A stretch of DNA of 64,000 nt from the human T2T-CHM13v2.0 reference genome, Homo sapiens: assembly GCF_009914755.1 (NCBI RefSeq), contig NC_060942.1. One strand, written 5' to 3'. The notes beneath the pieces were generated by a model. That model was given only the letters and a program-made list of their open reading frames with translations. It did no database searches and was not told the origin of the DNA. The position numbers were made by a program, and so were the translations under genes. Positions 1-40,859 of the stretch are shown here, one piece after another. How positions within the stretch are numbered: the first letter of the stretch is position 1; every line of letters starts with the position of its first letter.

Positions 1-6
1 AATAAA

Positions 7-308
7 GGCCGGGAGCAGTGGCTTACACTTGCAATCCTAGGACTTTGGGAGGCCGAGGCGGGCGGATCACCTGAGATCAGGAGTTTGAGACCAGCCTGGC
101 TATCACGGTGAAACACTATCTCTATTAAACATACAAAAATTAGCCAGGCGTGGTGGTGAGCACCTGTAATCCCAGCTACTTGAGAGGCTGAGGCCCAAGA
201 ATCACTTGAGCTCAGGAGGCAGAGGTTGCAGTGAGCCAAGATCAGGTCACTGCACTCCAGCCTGTGTGAGAGTGAGACTGACACACACACACACAAACAC
301 ACACACAC
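7..308 (+). mobile_element. Alu ending in a (CA)n microsatellite
   Basis: Alu dimer consensus; CA run about 281-308. Confidence 0.92.
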
Positions 309-755
309 GACGGCCATTTGAAGATTTAAGGGAAGAACATTCCACTCAGAGGCAAAAGGGAAAAGCAAATAACTTGTATTTCTTAACCAACAATTTTGAC
401 TTCACACACATCTCCTCTGAATATTGATTTTGAGGTTATGGGGAAGCTAATCATACGGCCATTTTCTACTTTTAGTCAAAAAAGCTTCTGGAGGGAAAAA
501 ATTTGAGATGTCACGTAAAGAGGTAAGGAAGTCAAGTGTGGCAGTTAAGGGTGCATGGTGCTGAGGAAGGCTTATCTCTGGCTTTACCCACTCCCACTCC
601 CACCCAAGAACCTGTTCTCCGTTGGCTATAACCCAATCCTTGCTAAAGTTTCAATGAATAATTAACAAAAGAACTTGTAACTATCCCTTCTAGAAGTTTA
701 TTCATTAAGAAGATGCTTCTTGAAAATGAAAAAATAAAAAGATCAGATTTAATTC

Positions 756-1025
756 TTTTTTTGAGACAGAGTCTCACTCTGTTGCCCAGGCTGGAGTACA
801 ATGGAGCAATCTTGGCTCACTGCAACCTCCTCCTCCTGGGCTCAATTGATCCTTCCGCCTCAGCCCCCCAAGTAGCTGGGACTAGAGGCATGAGCCACCA
901 CGCCCAGCTAATTTTTGTGTTTTTTGTAGAGATGAAGTTTCACCATGTTGCCCAGGCTGGTCTCAAACTCCTGAGCTCAAGTGATCCACCTGCATTGGCC
1001 TCCCAAAGTGCTAGGATTACAGGCG
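756..1025 (-). mobile_element. Alu (J-like)
   Basis: Antisense Alu consensus. Confidence 0.9.
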
Positions 1026-1228
1026 GATGAATTACTGTGGAACACTTGTTTGAACATGCTGTTACTGGGGAAACAAACCTGCCGTAGCGGTCAATGAAGT
1101 ACTTGCAAAACTGCTTGGGGGATAGGAGTACCTGTTTCTGAAAAGGGGGTGCTGACTGGAGGTGGTGTAACAGGGTCCCTACCACACAGCACAGTTCCTC
1201 TCTAGGTGAACTCTAACATAACACCTGA

Positions 1229-1601
<373 letters not shown>

Positions 1602-2399
1602 TAACTATGTTTATACAATTATCAGCTAATCTTCCCAGGATACAGTGTTACTTATGGTGAAATTATAATATTAAAGGATTTTCTCTCTCCCCTAATTGCT
1701 TGCTTGACATTGACTCTGTTTCCTTGATTACTTCTTTGACAAGAACTTCTCCATAAAACTTATAGTTTAATATCCAGTATTTTAATCTTCAGCCATAGTG
1801 GGTCAAATTATTGAGTAAGCAAATGAACAGCACAAAGAGAAGGAAGAGCCTCAGCATTCATTGTCCTTGTAGTCAGCTATATTTTGGCTTTCATTGTCTG
1901 GGAGCTAAGGTAAACACACAGAGAACAGGAGGGAAAAGATCATTGTGTACTAAGATGGTTTGTGTTTTGTTTCTAAAATATTTTGAGGACATATTTCCCT
2001 AAGAAAAATATTTCAGAACCAGATAATATTGTAAGTTAATATTGTTAAAAGATAAACACATTAAAATTGTCACGAGTTTGAGAATGAAGCTATTCATGAA
2101 TCACGCAGCACCAGAGCTCAAACAGTTCAACACTCCACTAAATTGGTGGGAGGGAGAAATTTTTCTAAGGTGTTTGCAGAAGCAAGATAAAGAAAATATT
2201 TGATGGCTTAAACTAGAAAGTCCCTAGTTAGATGTCACTTAGTGGTTTCTGATTGGTTAAGCTTAAGTTTACACTGAGTTCTATTTCTGTTTGCTTACTC
2301 AGAAACACAAGGCAATGGAACTGTCTTAGCCTCATGGCCTCCCAATTAATTATTTTAACAAAACCATATGGACAGAATTTGCCTGTGTTACAGTGTATC

Positions 2400-3149
<750 letters not shown>

Positions 3150-3150
<1 letters not shown>

Positions 3151-3310
3151 GATTCTCGAAATTTAATGTGCACACAAATCACCTGGGAATCTCATTAAAA
3201 TGCAGATTCAGTAGGTCTGAGGTGGGGCCTAAGTTTCCGTACTTCTAACAAACCCTCAGATAATATGCTGTTGGTCCACAGACCTCACTTTAAGTAGCAA
3301 GGGCCTAGAG
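3150..3310. mobile_element. MER5-like hAT-Charlie DNA transposon
   Basis: aatcacctggg...aaatgcagattc...gtaggtctg.ggtgggg motifs. Confidence 0.7.
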
Positions 3311-5287
3311 AATATTTGAAAGCGTCTTATTCAGGCCATCTAAACAGGTTATTGAGAACTCTTCACAGGTTTAATGCCTCACCCCTGATGTGCCAGGCAA
3401 TTCTGTTGAAAACAGATATATACAATTCTAGGTTAGATTTTTGCCATTCAAATAACTCATTCTTCCTTGTGTAAAATCACAGCTGTCAAGCCCTTCTTGT
3501 CATACTACTTGTACAATCCCTTCATGATTATCTCTGTATCACCTGCATATGTGCATTCATTTTTGGTGCCAAGAGAGGGCTTTGACCTTCTATGATGTCA
3601 ATCATATCCTCTTCCCCCTCCAACTATTTGGTATGGACGGTTTGTTTCCTAATCTTAAGCAAAACATTTCAAGCCCTTCCTAACAATATTGGTCTCCAAA
3701 ATCCACCCTACACAGAAAGTTTGGTGCAGCCAGTTATCATAAATTTATCTTCTAGGTGTGAGTTCTCAGGGATTTGGGGATGTGCATCTCCTCCCAATTG
3801 CCTGAAGATTTGTGCAGTTATCATCCTGACCGTGTAGCCGTCCGTCTATCATAAAAAAGACCTGTGCCCTTCCTTCACTTTAGTTACTGACCCCTTTACA
3901 TATCTTGGCTCAATTCCCTACATTGTGTCTACTGCATAAAACAGCAGTTTCATACTTTCCAGAAGCCATGGATTTCTTTCTTCAAAGAATGCTTAAGTAG
4001 ATTAAGCTGGAATGGCTGAAACAATGAGAGACGAAATTAGAGAGATGACCAGGAACACATCTTGAGAGTTAAGGTGTTTAAGTGTTACCATGAAAGCAAG
4101 GGGGAGCAACCAAAGGATTTCAAGGGAGGAGACATGATCAGACTTACACAGTTCGATTACTTTGGCAGAGGTGAGAGAGGAGGATAACTTGAAGAAGGTC
4201 CAGATGCAATCAGAAAGACTAGGAAGGAGCATATGAGGAATACAAGGGATATCAAGGAATCAGAGTCGTCAGAACTTGCTGCCTGAGTATGGAGGCAAGG
4301 AATGAAGAGTATAGTATAGCATGTCTTCCAATTTTCAATCTTGGACAATTATGGATGCAAGGGTCCGAGGGTTGCCAATTATTGAACTGGGAAATATAGA
4401 AAAAGGAGTAAGTTTAGGAAAAAGTGATTGAGTTCAGTTGTGAACATACTGAGTTTAAGGGGGACAGCCAGTAACCATTTGAGTACATGGATATGTACAT
4501 CACCGAAATCTGTCTTAAAGACCTCCTCTTGGATCCAGGGCTGTTTTTATTTGCAGAGTATTCTCGGTCTCTGCTTAGGCAACTGCTCAAGGTTTACACC
4601 AAGTAGTCTTTTCAACTGAATTGTCTATACCATCTTGCATTTTTCCAACATGTTCTTCAAAATGTAGGTTGCCTGCTACACTTGTTACTTTAAATTACTT
4701 CTCTCTTTCTCTTTTCAAAGGTCTCCTTGCATGTCCAAGTTTGGGGCCTTATTCAGGGTTCTCTGTATTGGCTACATGCTAATGCAGGCCAGAGAAACGG
4801 GGAGGGTTTTTTTCTGTTCCCTTTGGCAGAAAGAGCCATTTCCATTTAGAATTTGAGCTCAAAAGAAGACTTAAAATGTAGCTTTGAGGAAATAGGAATT
4901 AATAGAAAATCATGGGTGTAATCTGTAGAAGATGGCCTGGGTTGCTATGATATGTGGTAAGAATAGAGGTACTATGTGTAACTAATTGAATATATTGTGC
5001 TTTGTTTAGAAGGTTAAGTTTTAACATGGCGTTTTTCAAACTTGGGTTTTAAAGTTTTAGTGGGGCTGCTGGGAGGGAGGGAGTACTGCTAAGTACTTGG
5101 GACTTCTGTCCTATTTCCACTTCAGCCAGAACAATCAGTCCTATTTTCATTTCAGCCAGAACAAATTTGTTTTACATAAGCTTTCATTGAAGAAAAGGTT
5201 CCATGGCCTTTTAAAAAAGTGTGAAAACCATTATGTTTGCATAGAAGCTGCAGAAATATGAAAAGGTCAGTGAAGAAAGAGTTCAGG

Positions 5288-5520
5288 GATGGGTGTGGTG
5301 GCTCACACCTGTAAACCTAGTGCTTTGGGAGATTGAGGAGGGTGGATCATTTGAGGCTAGGAGTTTGGGACCAGTCTGGGCAACATAGTGAGACCCCCAT
5401 CTCTACAAAATATAAAAAATAAATAGCTGGGTGTGGTGGCACATGCCTATAGTCCTAGCTACTAGGGGAGCTGAGGCAGGAAGATTGCTTGAGCCCAGGA
5501 GGTTATAGTGACTTATGCTG
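5288..5520 (+). mobile_element. AluJ-like, 3' truncated
   Basis: Alu consensus. Confidence 0.85.
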
Positions 5521-5534
5521 ATGAACCAAATATA

Positions 5535-5876
5535 TGACAGTGGTCTCATAAGACCACTTGCATGTCCAATACCATATCTGTAATATGGTATTTGTACTAC
5601 CATACATTATGGTATTTGTACTACCATATTTGTACTGTACCTTTTCTTTGTTTAGATACACAAATGCCATGTGTTACAACTGCCTATTAGGTACAGTAAC
5701 ATGCTGTACAGGTTTGTAGCTTAGGAGTAACAGGCGATACATAGCCCAGATAAGTAGTAGGCTATAACATCCAAGTTTGTGTAAGTGTATTATTCTATGA
5801 AGTTCGCACTATCACGATGAAATTAAGGGTAAATTTCTCAGAATTTATCCAATCTTTAAGAGATTCATTACTGTAC
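5535..5876. mobile_element. Tigger3 (MER7)-like DNA transposon
   Basis: cagtaacatgctgtacaggtttgtagc...tagtaggctata...ctgTA end. Confidence 0.7.
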
Positions 5877-7067
5877 TTCTGGTTCAGGTTTACTTTTGTT
5901 CCCTTCACATCTTAGCCCCTTAAAGGCTATGTATGACATATGATTTTGCATCTCCAGTGTTTAGCACAGTAAGAGCCTAAAAAATGTCTGTTGAACTAGT
6001 AAATCCACAAGGTTTATACTCAAAGTAATGTAAGTGGAATTCTCTACAGGTGTTGAACTCCTAACTCTTGAGAAGAGTTTTATTTTTCTCTACAATGATT
6101 TATCTTAAGACAACGGTTTTAAAGAGGGGCAGAAAAATACCCATGATTAAGGGAGAAAGATGTAATATTTTGAGTTTTTGTATATTATGTGTGACGAAAA
6201 GTGAAGCAAGCAAGGATGCCTTGCAATCAAGAGATGTCTTGACTGAGGCGTCTCGAATAAGGTGGTTGATATAATTCATAACCAATGTATTAGAATGTCA
6301 TTGAACTTGTGGGCGAGGGAGTAATGACAAACTGATTCATTTTTTTGGGAAAATGAATCAATGCTCCTTATGTTGACTGGCATAACTAGTGACTGGCACA
6401 AAAGTTGCCCCCAAAATATTCGAGACTAAAGAAAACGATCGCAATACAACAGTGAATGGGAGAATAAGGTTCCCCCTCACGCTTTCAAAATTACCGCCTG
6501 CCTTCTCTGTTCTCCAGTTTTGGTAAATCAAACCTATCTTTGCCAAAATCCGACAAAACTTAAAACATGTTAAAAACAGACAAACAAACACACAAAAACT
6601 CTCCCTAGGAATGTAAAGACGAGTCTGGGACTGTGGACTGAGGTTTGAGTCCCTTCCCGGGACGCGGTGGTAAATGACTCCCTAAAGTCTCCTGGCCATT
6701 CCGATGGCGCCAAGGCCGCAATGGGCAAGCAAAAGCCCCCCGCCCCGGCGCATTCCTAGGAGACAGAGCCGTGAGGGCCTCTGGCTGCAACTCGCGAGGG
6801 TCGGCTTTCCCTGGGTCTCCGCCCTACGGGAGACAGTGAAGGCGGGAGCAAGGCCCCAACCGAGAACCCCACCCCAAACCCGGGGGCCAGGAGCCCTTTA
6901 CACCCTTCGGCCCGCCACCCGGAAGCAGATGCCGGCGGCGCGGCGTGGCAGGGTTGTGGTTCCGGGTCGGGCCGCGCCGCAGCCAGCTCTCGGCTCGCAG
7001 CCGCAGCGCCCCGCCCCCGCGCTCCGGACTTGGCAGGCGGCGGCTGCAGGGCAGGTCCAGGGGCCAC

Positions 7068-31157
<24,090 letters not shown>

Positions 31158-31865
31158 TACCTGAAACTATAGGAAAGGTTAATTTGCCTATAATTATATA
31201 TACATTCCATAGTCATCAAGGAATATATTGTGCAGAGAGAGTATCCTTGACTGCTTAAGTCAGCCAGTTCAGCATGGATACCAACATTAGCTTTTCTTCT
31301 TGGTTATATCATCTGCCAAAAATAGAGAACTTATGATCTATTCATGTGTGTTTCAGGCTTATTTGGGAGAACTAATTTGAACTTAATCACCACTTCATCT
31401 AATTTTAGCAAGGTAACAGTTGCCCAGGGCAGTACCTGAATTAACTGTCCATTTCAGTACATGTCAAGTGCCTTTGTTAGGTGGAGAAGAAATGTCTCTA
31501 GAGGAATATAAATACCTGATTTCTTGTCATCGAGATTCTTGTACTGTTAAATGAATATTGCCTTTTACTGCTCTTTATGGCTTATTGGAATAGGAGCTCA
31601 TTTAAGATTGATCTTGGAGAGTTTCTTCTTGTGATTTTAGTTCATAAGTATGTCACCTTTCATTTTATAGTGTTCATCATTGAGTAATGGATTAAGTGAA
31701 AATCCAGGAGTATCCATCTGCAGTTATGTGCTGAGGTGATAATTCATCCAACATATTTGTTAGCATAAATATTATGCTTCAGTTTCTGTTGCAAATTGGT
31801 GATTGTGAAATTACAGAAAGTGATTTTCTAGTCTGCTTTTTTTGTTTAATTCTTGTAATGTAAGC

Positions 31866-31871
31866 AATAAA
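31866..31871 (+). terminator. Candidate proximal IMPACT poly(A) signal
   Basis: AATAAA with TGTA motifs just upstream. Confidence 0.4.
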
Positions 31872-33109
31872 TATGGAGTGTCAGTAGTCTCCTTCCACCC
31901 CAGAAATGTGTTGGTGTAACATTCTCGTTTCTTTTAACAACCTGGAAGTACCTTTCTTGTGATCTTCACTGAGGAATTAGAACTATGATAGAAGTTAGGC
32001 TGTGGCAAATGGGACATTCGTAGAGTGGGATAGAGGTGGCAGAATGAACCTGGTGTAGGGCAGGAGTATGTTGTGTAGTTACATCAATTTGATGCATGCT
32101 TTCCATCTGCACTCCAGACGGCTTTCTCAGTTCCAAGATTTTGCAGAGAGAAGGAGCAAACCTTTTCATTGGAAAAACAGAAACAACCCTCCCCCCCATT
32201 TTTTCCCCTCTATTCATCAAACCTTTATGTATCTTTCATCTTCCAGTTACCTCTAGGCATTTAGATAGTGAAATTTACCTTTGAGATATAACAATAAGTG
32301 ATTAACTGTTCACTTTCAGATGTAATGGCAAACAATTGTTAAAAGTTATTAACTGATCACAGATTTGCCTGGACTTCCCTTCCCAGGGAGGGAACAGAAG
32401 TTAGGAGGCAACTTTGGGATGGTGCTAGAGCATGGAAAGCACAGAGAATTGGACAAACAGGTCTTTTTCTCTTTTCTCTGATGTTTTACCTTTAAAAGAT
32501 CCAACATCCTTACCGTTGGTATTTTTAGTAAGGTTATAGTAAATAGCTTTACACCAGGATGGATTCTGAAATATAAATTCTAAATTATATTTGTTATAAC
32601 TATATTTTATGTTGTATGTTATCAGGAGCCATCAGAGAATGACCTTTTTGTGTTTGGAACACTTGGTTCCATGAAAAGTATGCTTTGTGTTTTAACTGTT
32701 AAAATAATTTAAAAATTAATTATTTTACATAATTAAAGAAGTTAAAAACTATTAACATTAAATAATTTCACAATTTCAACATGTCAAACCTATGAAGGGA
32801 GATAGGAAACAATGAGAAACTTACTTTTGCTCCTTTATACAGAATTATTAACTATATTTTACTAACTAAAAAACTCTAGTATTCTTTACCTAAAGTCAAT
32901 TGGCTGGTAAGAGGGAGAGATGCAAAATTCTCCAGCTCTGAACTTGGAGCTACTTCACACTCTACTCTTAATGGAAACTTGAACTAATGATAGATAGTAT
33001 TTTTTTCCTCTATTTAAAATTTTTGTCTTGATTAGGAGATTTTTCAGTTCTCCATATAATAATTTTCTACAATCAGATCTATGCTGTGGCATATTTTGCT
33101 TTATTTAAA

Positions 33110-33378
33110 AATTTTTTTTTAGAGATGAGTTCTTGCTCTGTCACCTAGGCTGGAGTGCAGTGGCATGATCATGGCTCACTGCAGCCTTGACCTTCCAGCC
33201 TGCCAAGTAGCTGGGATTACAGACAGGCATGTGCTATTACACCTGGCTAATTTTTAAAGTTTTTTTTGTAAAGATAGGGTCTTTCTATGTTGCCCAGGCT
33301 CGTCTTGAGCTCCTGGCCTCAATCGATCTTCCTGCCAAGGTTTTGGAATTACAGGTGTGAGCCACCATGCCTGGCCTG
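33110..33378 (-). mobile_element. AluJ-like in IMPACT 3' UTR
   Basis: Antisense Alu consensus. Confidence 0.87.
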
Positions 33379-33816
33379 CTTTGACATATTTTATAGTGTG
33401 TTAATTACAAATAGTCTTCATATGCCAGAATATAAGAGCAAGTGTTATCTACTTTTTAGATGGGAATTGCAGAAGCTGCATCAAAAGTATGCTTTGAGGT
33501 ATATATAGTGAAACAGAGCCTTTCTGAAGAGAATTATATCAAACTAATTACAACCAAGAAATAATAGTATGAAGCGGATGCTGTTTGGAGGACAGGAAAA
33601 TTTATCGGGAAAATTACATAATCCCTCTGATTCCACTATCCAGAGATAGCCATTATTATTAATATTTGGTATGTACATCCTTATATTATTTTTTTCTTAT
33701 GCATGATTTTGTATATATGGTTATTTTTCTTTCCATAAAAATGGTATTAAACTGTATATACTGTTTTGTAGCCTACATATTTCATATAGAAGTATATTGT
33801 TAACATTTTCCATGTC

Positions 33817-33822
33817 AATAAA
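33817..33822 (+). terminator. Candidate distal IMPACT poly(A) signal
   Basis: AATAAA with upstream TGTA motifs and GT/T-rich downstream sequence. Confidence 0.65.
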
Positions 33823-34212
33823 TATTCTTCTATGGCTTAAATGTCTTATGACTGCATTGTATTCTGTCTTCTCAGTATTATACTAACTAGTCCTCCACTT
33901 ATTTCCAATTTTTAAGTTTTTTTCAACTTTTCACTGTTATAAACAACTGTGAAAACCTACATCATTTGCAGATTTTTGTATGTATCTTTGATTATTTCTT
34001 TAGGAAAAGCTCCTAGATATCGAATTTCTTGGTCAAGGTTTGTACATTCTAATAGCTTTTGATTAGTTGAGTCAGATTGTCATCCAGGAAAGTGTTATCA
34101 GTGATTGCTCCATTAATATTGTGTTGGAATATTTAATACCAGCCAAAGATGGGAAAAAATAGGCAGTTTGCTTGATAACTCCCAAGATCCTTTTTAAAAA
34201 AGTAAACTTTTT

Positions 34213-34511
34213 GGCCAGGCACAGTGTCTCACGTCTGTAATCCCAGCATTTTGGGTGGCTGAGGCAGGCGGATCACTTGAGGTCAGGAGGTTGAGACCAG
34301 CCTGACCAACATGGTCAAACCTGTCTCTACTAAAAATACAAAAAAAATTAGCTGGGTGTGGTGGCGGGCACCTGTAATCCCAGCTACTCAGGGGGGCTGA
34401 GGCAGGAATATCACTTGAACCCGGGAGGCAGAGATTGCAGTGAGCCCACATCGTGCCTTTGCACTCCAGCCTGGCGACAAGAGTGAAACTCCATCTCAAA
34501 AAAAAAAAAAA
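34213..34511 (+). mobile_element. AluS
   Basis: Alu dimer plus A tail. Confidence 0.92.
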
Positions 34512-35000
34512 CAACCTTCTTGCCTTGAAATAATTGTAGCCTCACAAGAAGTTACAAAAATAGTAGGTCCTGTGTACCCATCACTGAGCCTCCACTGACA
34601 GTAGTATAACTATAGTAAAATTGCAAAACCAGGAAATAGTTTGATTACGATTCTTTTATCAGATAAATGATTTCCAAATATTTTCTCCCAGTCTGTGGCT
34701 TGTCTTTTCATTCTCTTAGCAGTGTATTTTGCAGAGTAAAGTTGTTAATTTTGATGAGATCTAATTATCTTTTTTTTTCCTCTTTTTTGGATCATTCTTT
34801 TTGATGCAACATCTAAGGACTTTGCCTAACCCCAGGTCTAGATTTTCTTCTGTTTTTAAAGTTACATCATTTTGTGTTTTTCTTGTAGATCTATTTTCCA
34901 TTTTTAGTTTTTACATAAGGTGTGAGATTAAAGTCAAAGTTTTTTTTGTTTTGTTTTTTGCTTATGGATGTCCAGTTATGGAAGTGACTAGTTTTTGTAA

Positions 35001-35474
<474 letters not shown>

Positions 35475-36169
35475 TCTAAATGGACTTTGATTTGGGTATA
35501 CCATAATGCTTCCCATACCCATCCACATAGAATTCCTGATTTTTCATTCTCAGTACTTGAGCCTGCAAATTAGATTTCATCATTTTCCTTTCTCAGTGAT
35601 CCAAGTATCTCAATTGTTCCTCCATCTCTTTATGGCTTTCCATCCCCAATAACAGGAACAAGAGCTATTTTTGTACATAATGTTTTGACAGATGGGACAT
35701 GCTGAAGATGAACGTCTTCCATCATATCCCAGTACCTTCTTTAAACTTTCATTATCACAATCAATGGTTACACAATGTTCATTTAGACTAATGGTAATCA
35801 GTGTTTTCCAGATTCAACTGGATATGTATTCCGTAGTTTGCTTCCCAATTCAGGTTTTCAACCATAGCTCTATCCTATGAAATGGAAACCAAAGGACATA
35901 GTCATATCTGTATTGTTCCAGATAGTTGTAGTCAGAGTTGCTATCTGCTCATCCATTTTGAGGATGAAGACCACTCTCAGAAGTGTATGTTTCATTCATT
36001 GAGTTGGCTTCTGTACTGCTTACTTCTTGATTCTTCAGAAAGAGGTTTTGGAAAACTGAATCCTTTACTGCAAGGGGCACTGAGTGAAAGTTAAAAGAGA
36101 ATATTATTCTTTTGCTCTGAGATTCTCTCAAGGCACCAAAATTATATTAGATTTTCCCTTTTGTAACTA

Positions 36170-37240
<1,071 letters not shown>

Positions 37241-37275
37241 TCTTCAGTTTAGATCAGTTAAAAAGGTAGAAATTG

Positions 37276-37673
<398 letters not shown>

Positions 37674-37928
37674 TCAGAGTCTTTCTCCTGTGGGAAACTG
37701 CATCTTTTTGGCAGTGAATTTTAAACTGAAAAAGATGTAGGTTCTGAACTCAGGTATTTGCCTTTAAAAAAATCTGGTTCTGGTCTTGCTTTTGAAGTGG
37801 ATATCTAATGAATACATATTAGTTGGAATTATACAGTAAAGGAGTTTCTGGCTCAGGTTATGATTGGCACATGAGAAATAATAGTTTTTTTCCCCCCAGT
37901 GAAATTATTAAGAAAGGGAAAATGTAAT

Positions 37929-38217
37929 TAATATGGTTTGGCTATGTCCCCACCCAAATCTCATCTTGAATTGTAGTCCTCATGTGTCGAGGGAGGGAAG
38001 TAATTGGATGATGGGGGCAGTTCCCCCATGCTGTGTGCTCACATGCTCTCTCTTGCCTGCTGCCGTGTAAGACATGCCTGCTTCCCCTTCCACCATGACT
38101 GTGTTTTCCTGAGGCCTCCCCTGCCATGTGAAACTGGGAGTCAATTAAACCTCTTTTCTTTATAAATTATCCAGTCTTAGGTATGTCTTTATAGCTGTGT
38201 GAAAATGGACTAATACA
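37929..38217 (+). mobile_element. THE1/MST MaLR solo LTR
   Basis: atatggtttggct.tgtccccacccaaatctcatcttg ... attaaacctct ... ggactaataca. Confidence 0.85.
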
Positions 38218-38649
38218 ACAATTAATTGCTTTTTATCTTCATTTTAATAAATTTATAAGCAAATGGCATTAATAAATTATGATAGAGCAGAATGCAAAGA
38301 TTTTTAAATAATTTAATCAACCAAATGTGGATCACATAGAATGAATATATATGAAGAAGTATTTTATATAATTTTTGAATGTACAATTGCATTTATAAAA
38401 TAAAAATATGCAAAATCAACTTATGTTTTTAAATGTCCAGATAATGCTTACCCATGAGGGCTGAGTAACTGGAAAAGGGTGTGGGTGGTGGTTACATGGT
38501 TATGTTCAGCTTGTAAAAATTAATCAATTATCAATTTGTGACTTATACATATACTTAAACAAAAAAGTAACAAAAACAAAATGAAACAAAGTGCAGTCTC
38601 TGCCCTTTAGCAACTTATGTTCTATTAGGAGGGCCAGCAAGAAAATCTC

Positions 38650-40320
38650 CATTTCTGTTACTCTTCCTTTCTTTGTGTAGAGTCATTTTTGCATTTGGCA
38701 TCATTTTCCTTCTGCTTGAAGAACTTCCTTTACCATTTCTTGTAGAGCAAGTTTGCTGGTGGTGAATTATTTCAGCTCTCATATATCTAAAAACCCTTTA
38801 TTTTGTCTTTGTTTATGAAACTTTCTTTTTTTTTACTAAATATAGAATTCTAGGTTGAGTTTTTTTTCCTTTCAACATTTGAGAGATATTGCAGCCACTG
38901 TTTTTCTGCTTCTGTTGCTTCTGATGAGAAACATGCTGACACTCATACCTTTCTTATTTTGTATGTTATGTGTCCCCCCTCAACCCCTGCTGTTCTTAAG
39001 CTTTTCTTTTTCACACTGGTTTTGAGCAATTTTATTTGATATACCTTGTGTAGTTTTCTTTGTTTCTTGTGTTTGGGGTTCATTGAGCTTCTTGGTTTAT
39101 ATTTCTCATCACATTTTGAAACGTTTTAACCATTGATTCTTCAAATTTTTTTCTGTCCTTTCCTTTCTCCTTTCCTCCTGGGACTCCTATTAGACATATA
39201 TTAAGTCACTTGAAGTTGTCTTCTACCTTAGTGATACACTGTTAATTAAAAAAAATCTCTTTTATCTCTGTGTTTCATTGTAGGTGGATTATATCATTAC
39301 ATGTTTAAGTTCACTAATCTTATCTTCTGCAATCTCTGCCATTAATCCTTTCCAATGTATGTTTAGTCCAGACCTTCTAGTTTTTATTTCTAGATGTTTG
39401 ATTAAAAAATCTTCTATATCTTTACATATCTTTTTGAAAATATGGAATACAGCTATATTCCATTTTCGTTTTTCCATATTCCATCTGACTATTTTAATGT
39501 TCTTGTCTGTTAATTCTAATATCTGTGTGATTTCTGAGTTGACTTCAATTGATTGATGTTTTTCCCCTTATTATAGATCACATTTGCCTGCTTCTTGGCA
39601 TGTCAGATAATTTTTAATTGGATTTAAGACATTGTAGTTTTACATTGTTGGGTACTGGATATTTTTATGTTATATAAATATTCTTGAGCTGTGTTCAGGG
39701 TTGCAATTAAGCTGCTTGGAAACAGTTTGATCCTTTCAGGTTTTGCTTTTAAGATTTGCTAGGAAGAACCCAAGAAATATTTAGTATAGGGCTAATTATT
39801 CCTGACTACTGAGGCAAGACCCTTCTGAATGTACTGCCCAACGTCCCATGAATTAGGAACTTTTTCCATTTGGCTAATGGGAGCAGGCACTATAACCAGC
39901 CCTCTGTGAGCATTGGGTACTATTGCCTCTAATATTTTCGAGTGGTTCTTTTTCTTGCCTAAAAACAGTTCCTCCACAAGTGCTAATCAGTACTCTGGTG
40001 AATACTTGAAGGGGGTCCTCTGCAGATCTCTGGAGTTCTGCTCAGTGTGGCTCTGCAGTTCAGAATCCTCTCTGGTACTCCTGTACTCTCAACTCCATTT
40101 CCTCATCCCAGGGAGTCTCCTGGGCTCTGCCTGGATTTCCCCTCTCTGCCCATGCCCTGGGAACTCTCAAGATAGTAAGGTGGGGCAACTGCAGACCTCA
40201 TCCGTTCTCTCAGGGATCACCGTCCTTCCTTGTTAATGACAAGTGCCTTGAAAACCATTGTCTAGTTTTTTGGCTGTTTCAGATGGGATTGTGAAATTCA
40301 GCCCCTGTTACTCCATCATG
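38650..40320 (-). mobile_element. Old L1M fragment
   Basis: T-rich antisense L1-like sequence (tttcttgtagagcaagtttgctggt, ttcattgagcttcttgg). Confidence 0.6.
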
Positions 40321-40364
40321 GCCAGATGAGAATATTGAACTGAATCTACACGAGTTTTAAAAAT

Positions 40365-40739
<375 letters not shown>

Positions 40740-40859
40740 TTATAGATATTACATGATTTTATTCTAATAATGGAGATGGATGCATCACAGTAAAATGTTT
40801 AAGGTAAAACATTTCACTGTTTTTTGGAAATACTTTCTCAGTGTCAGTTAAAGGGAAAC

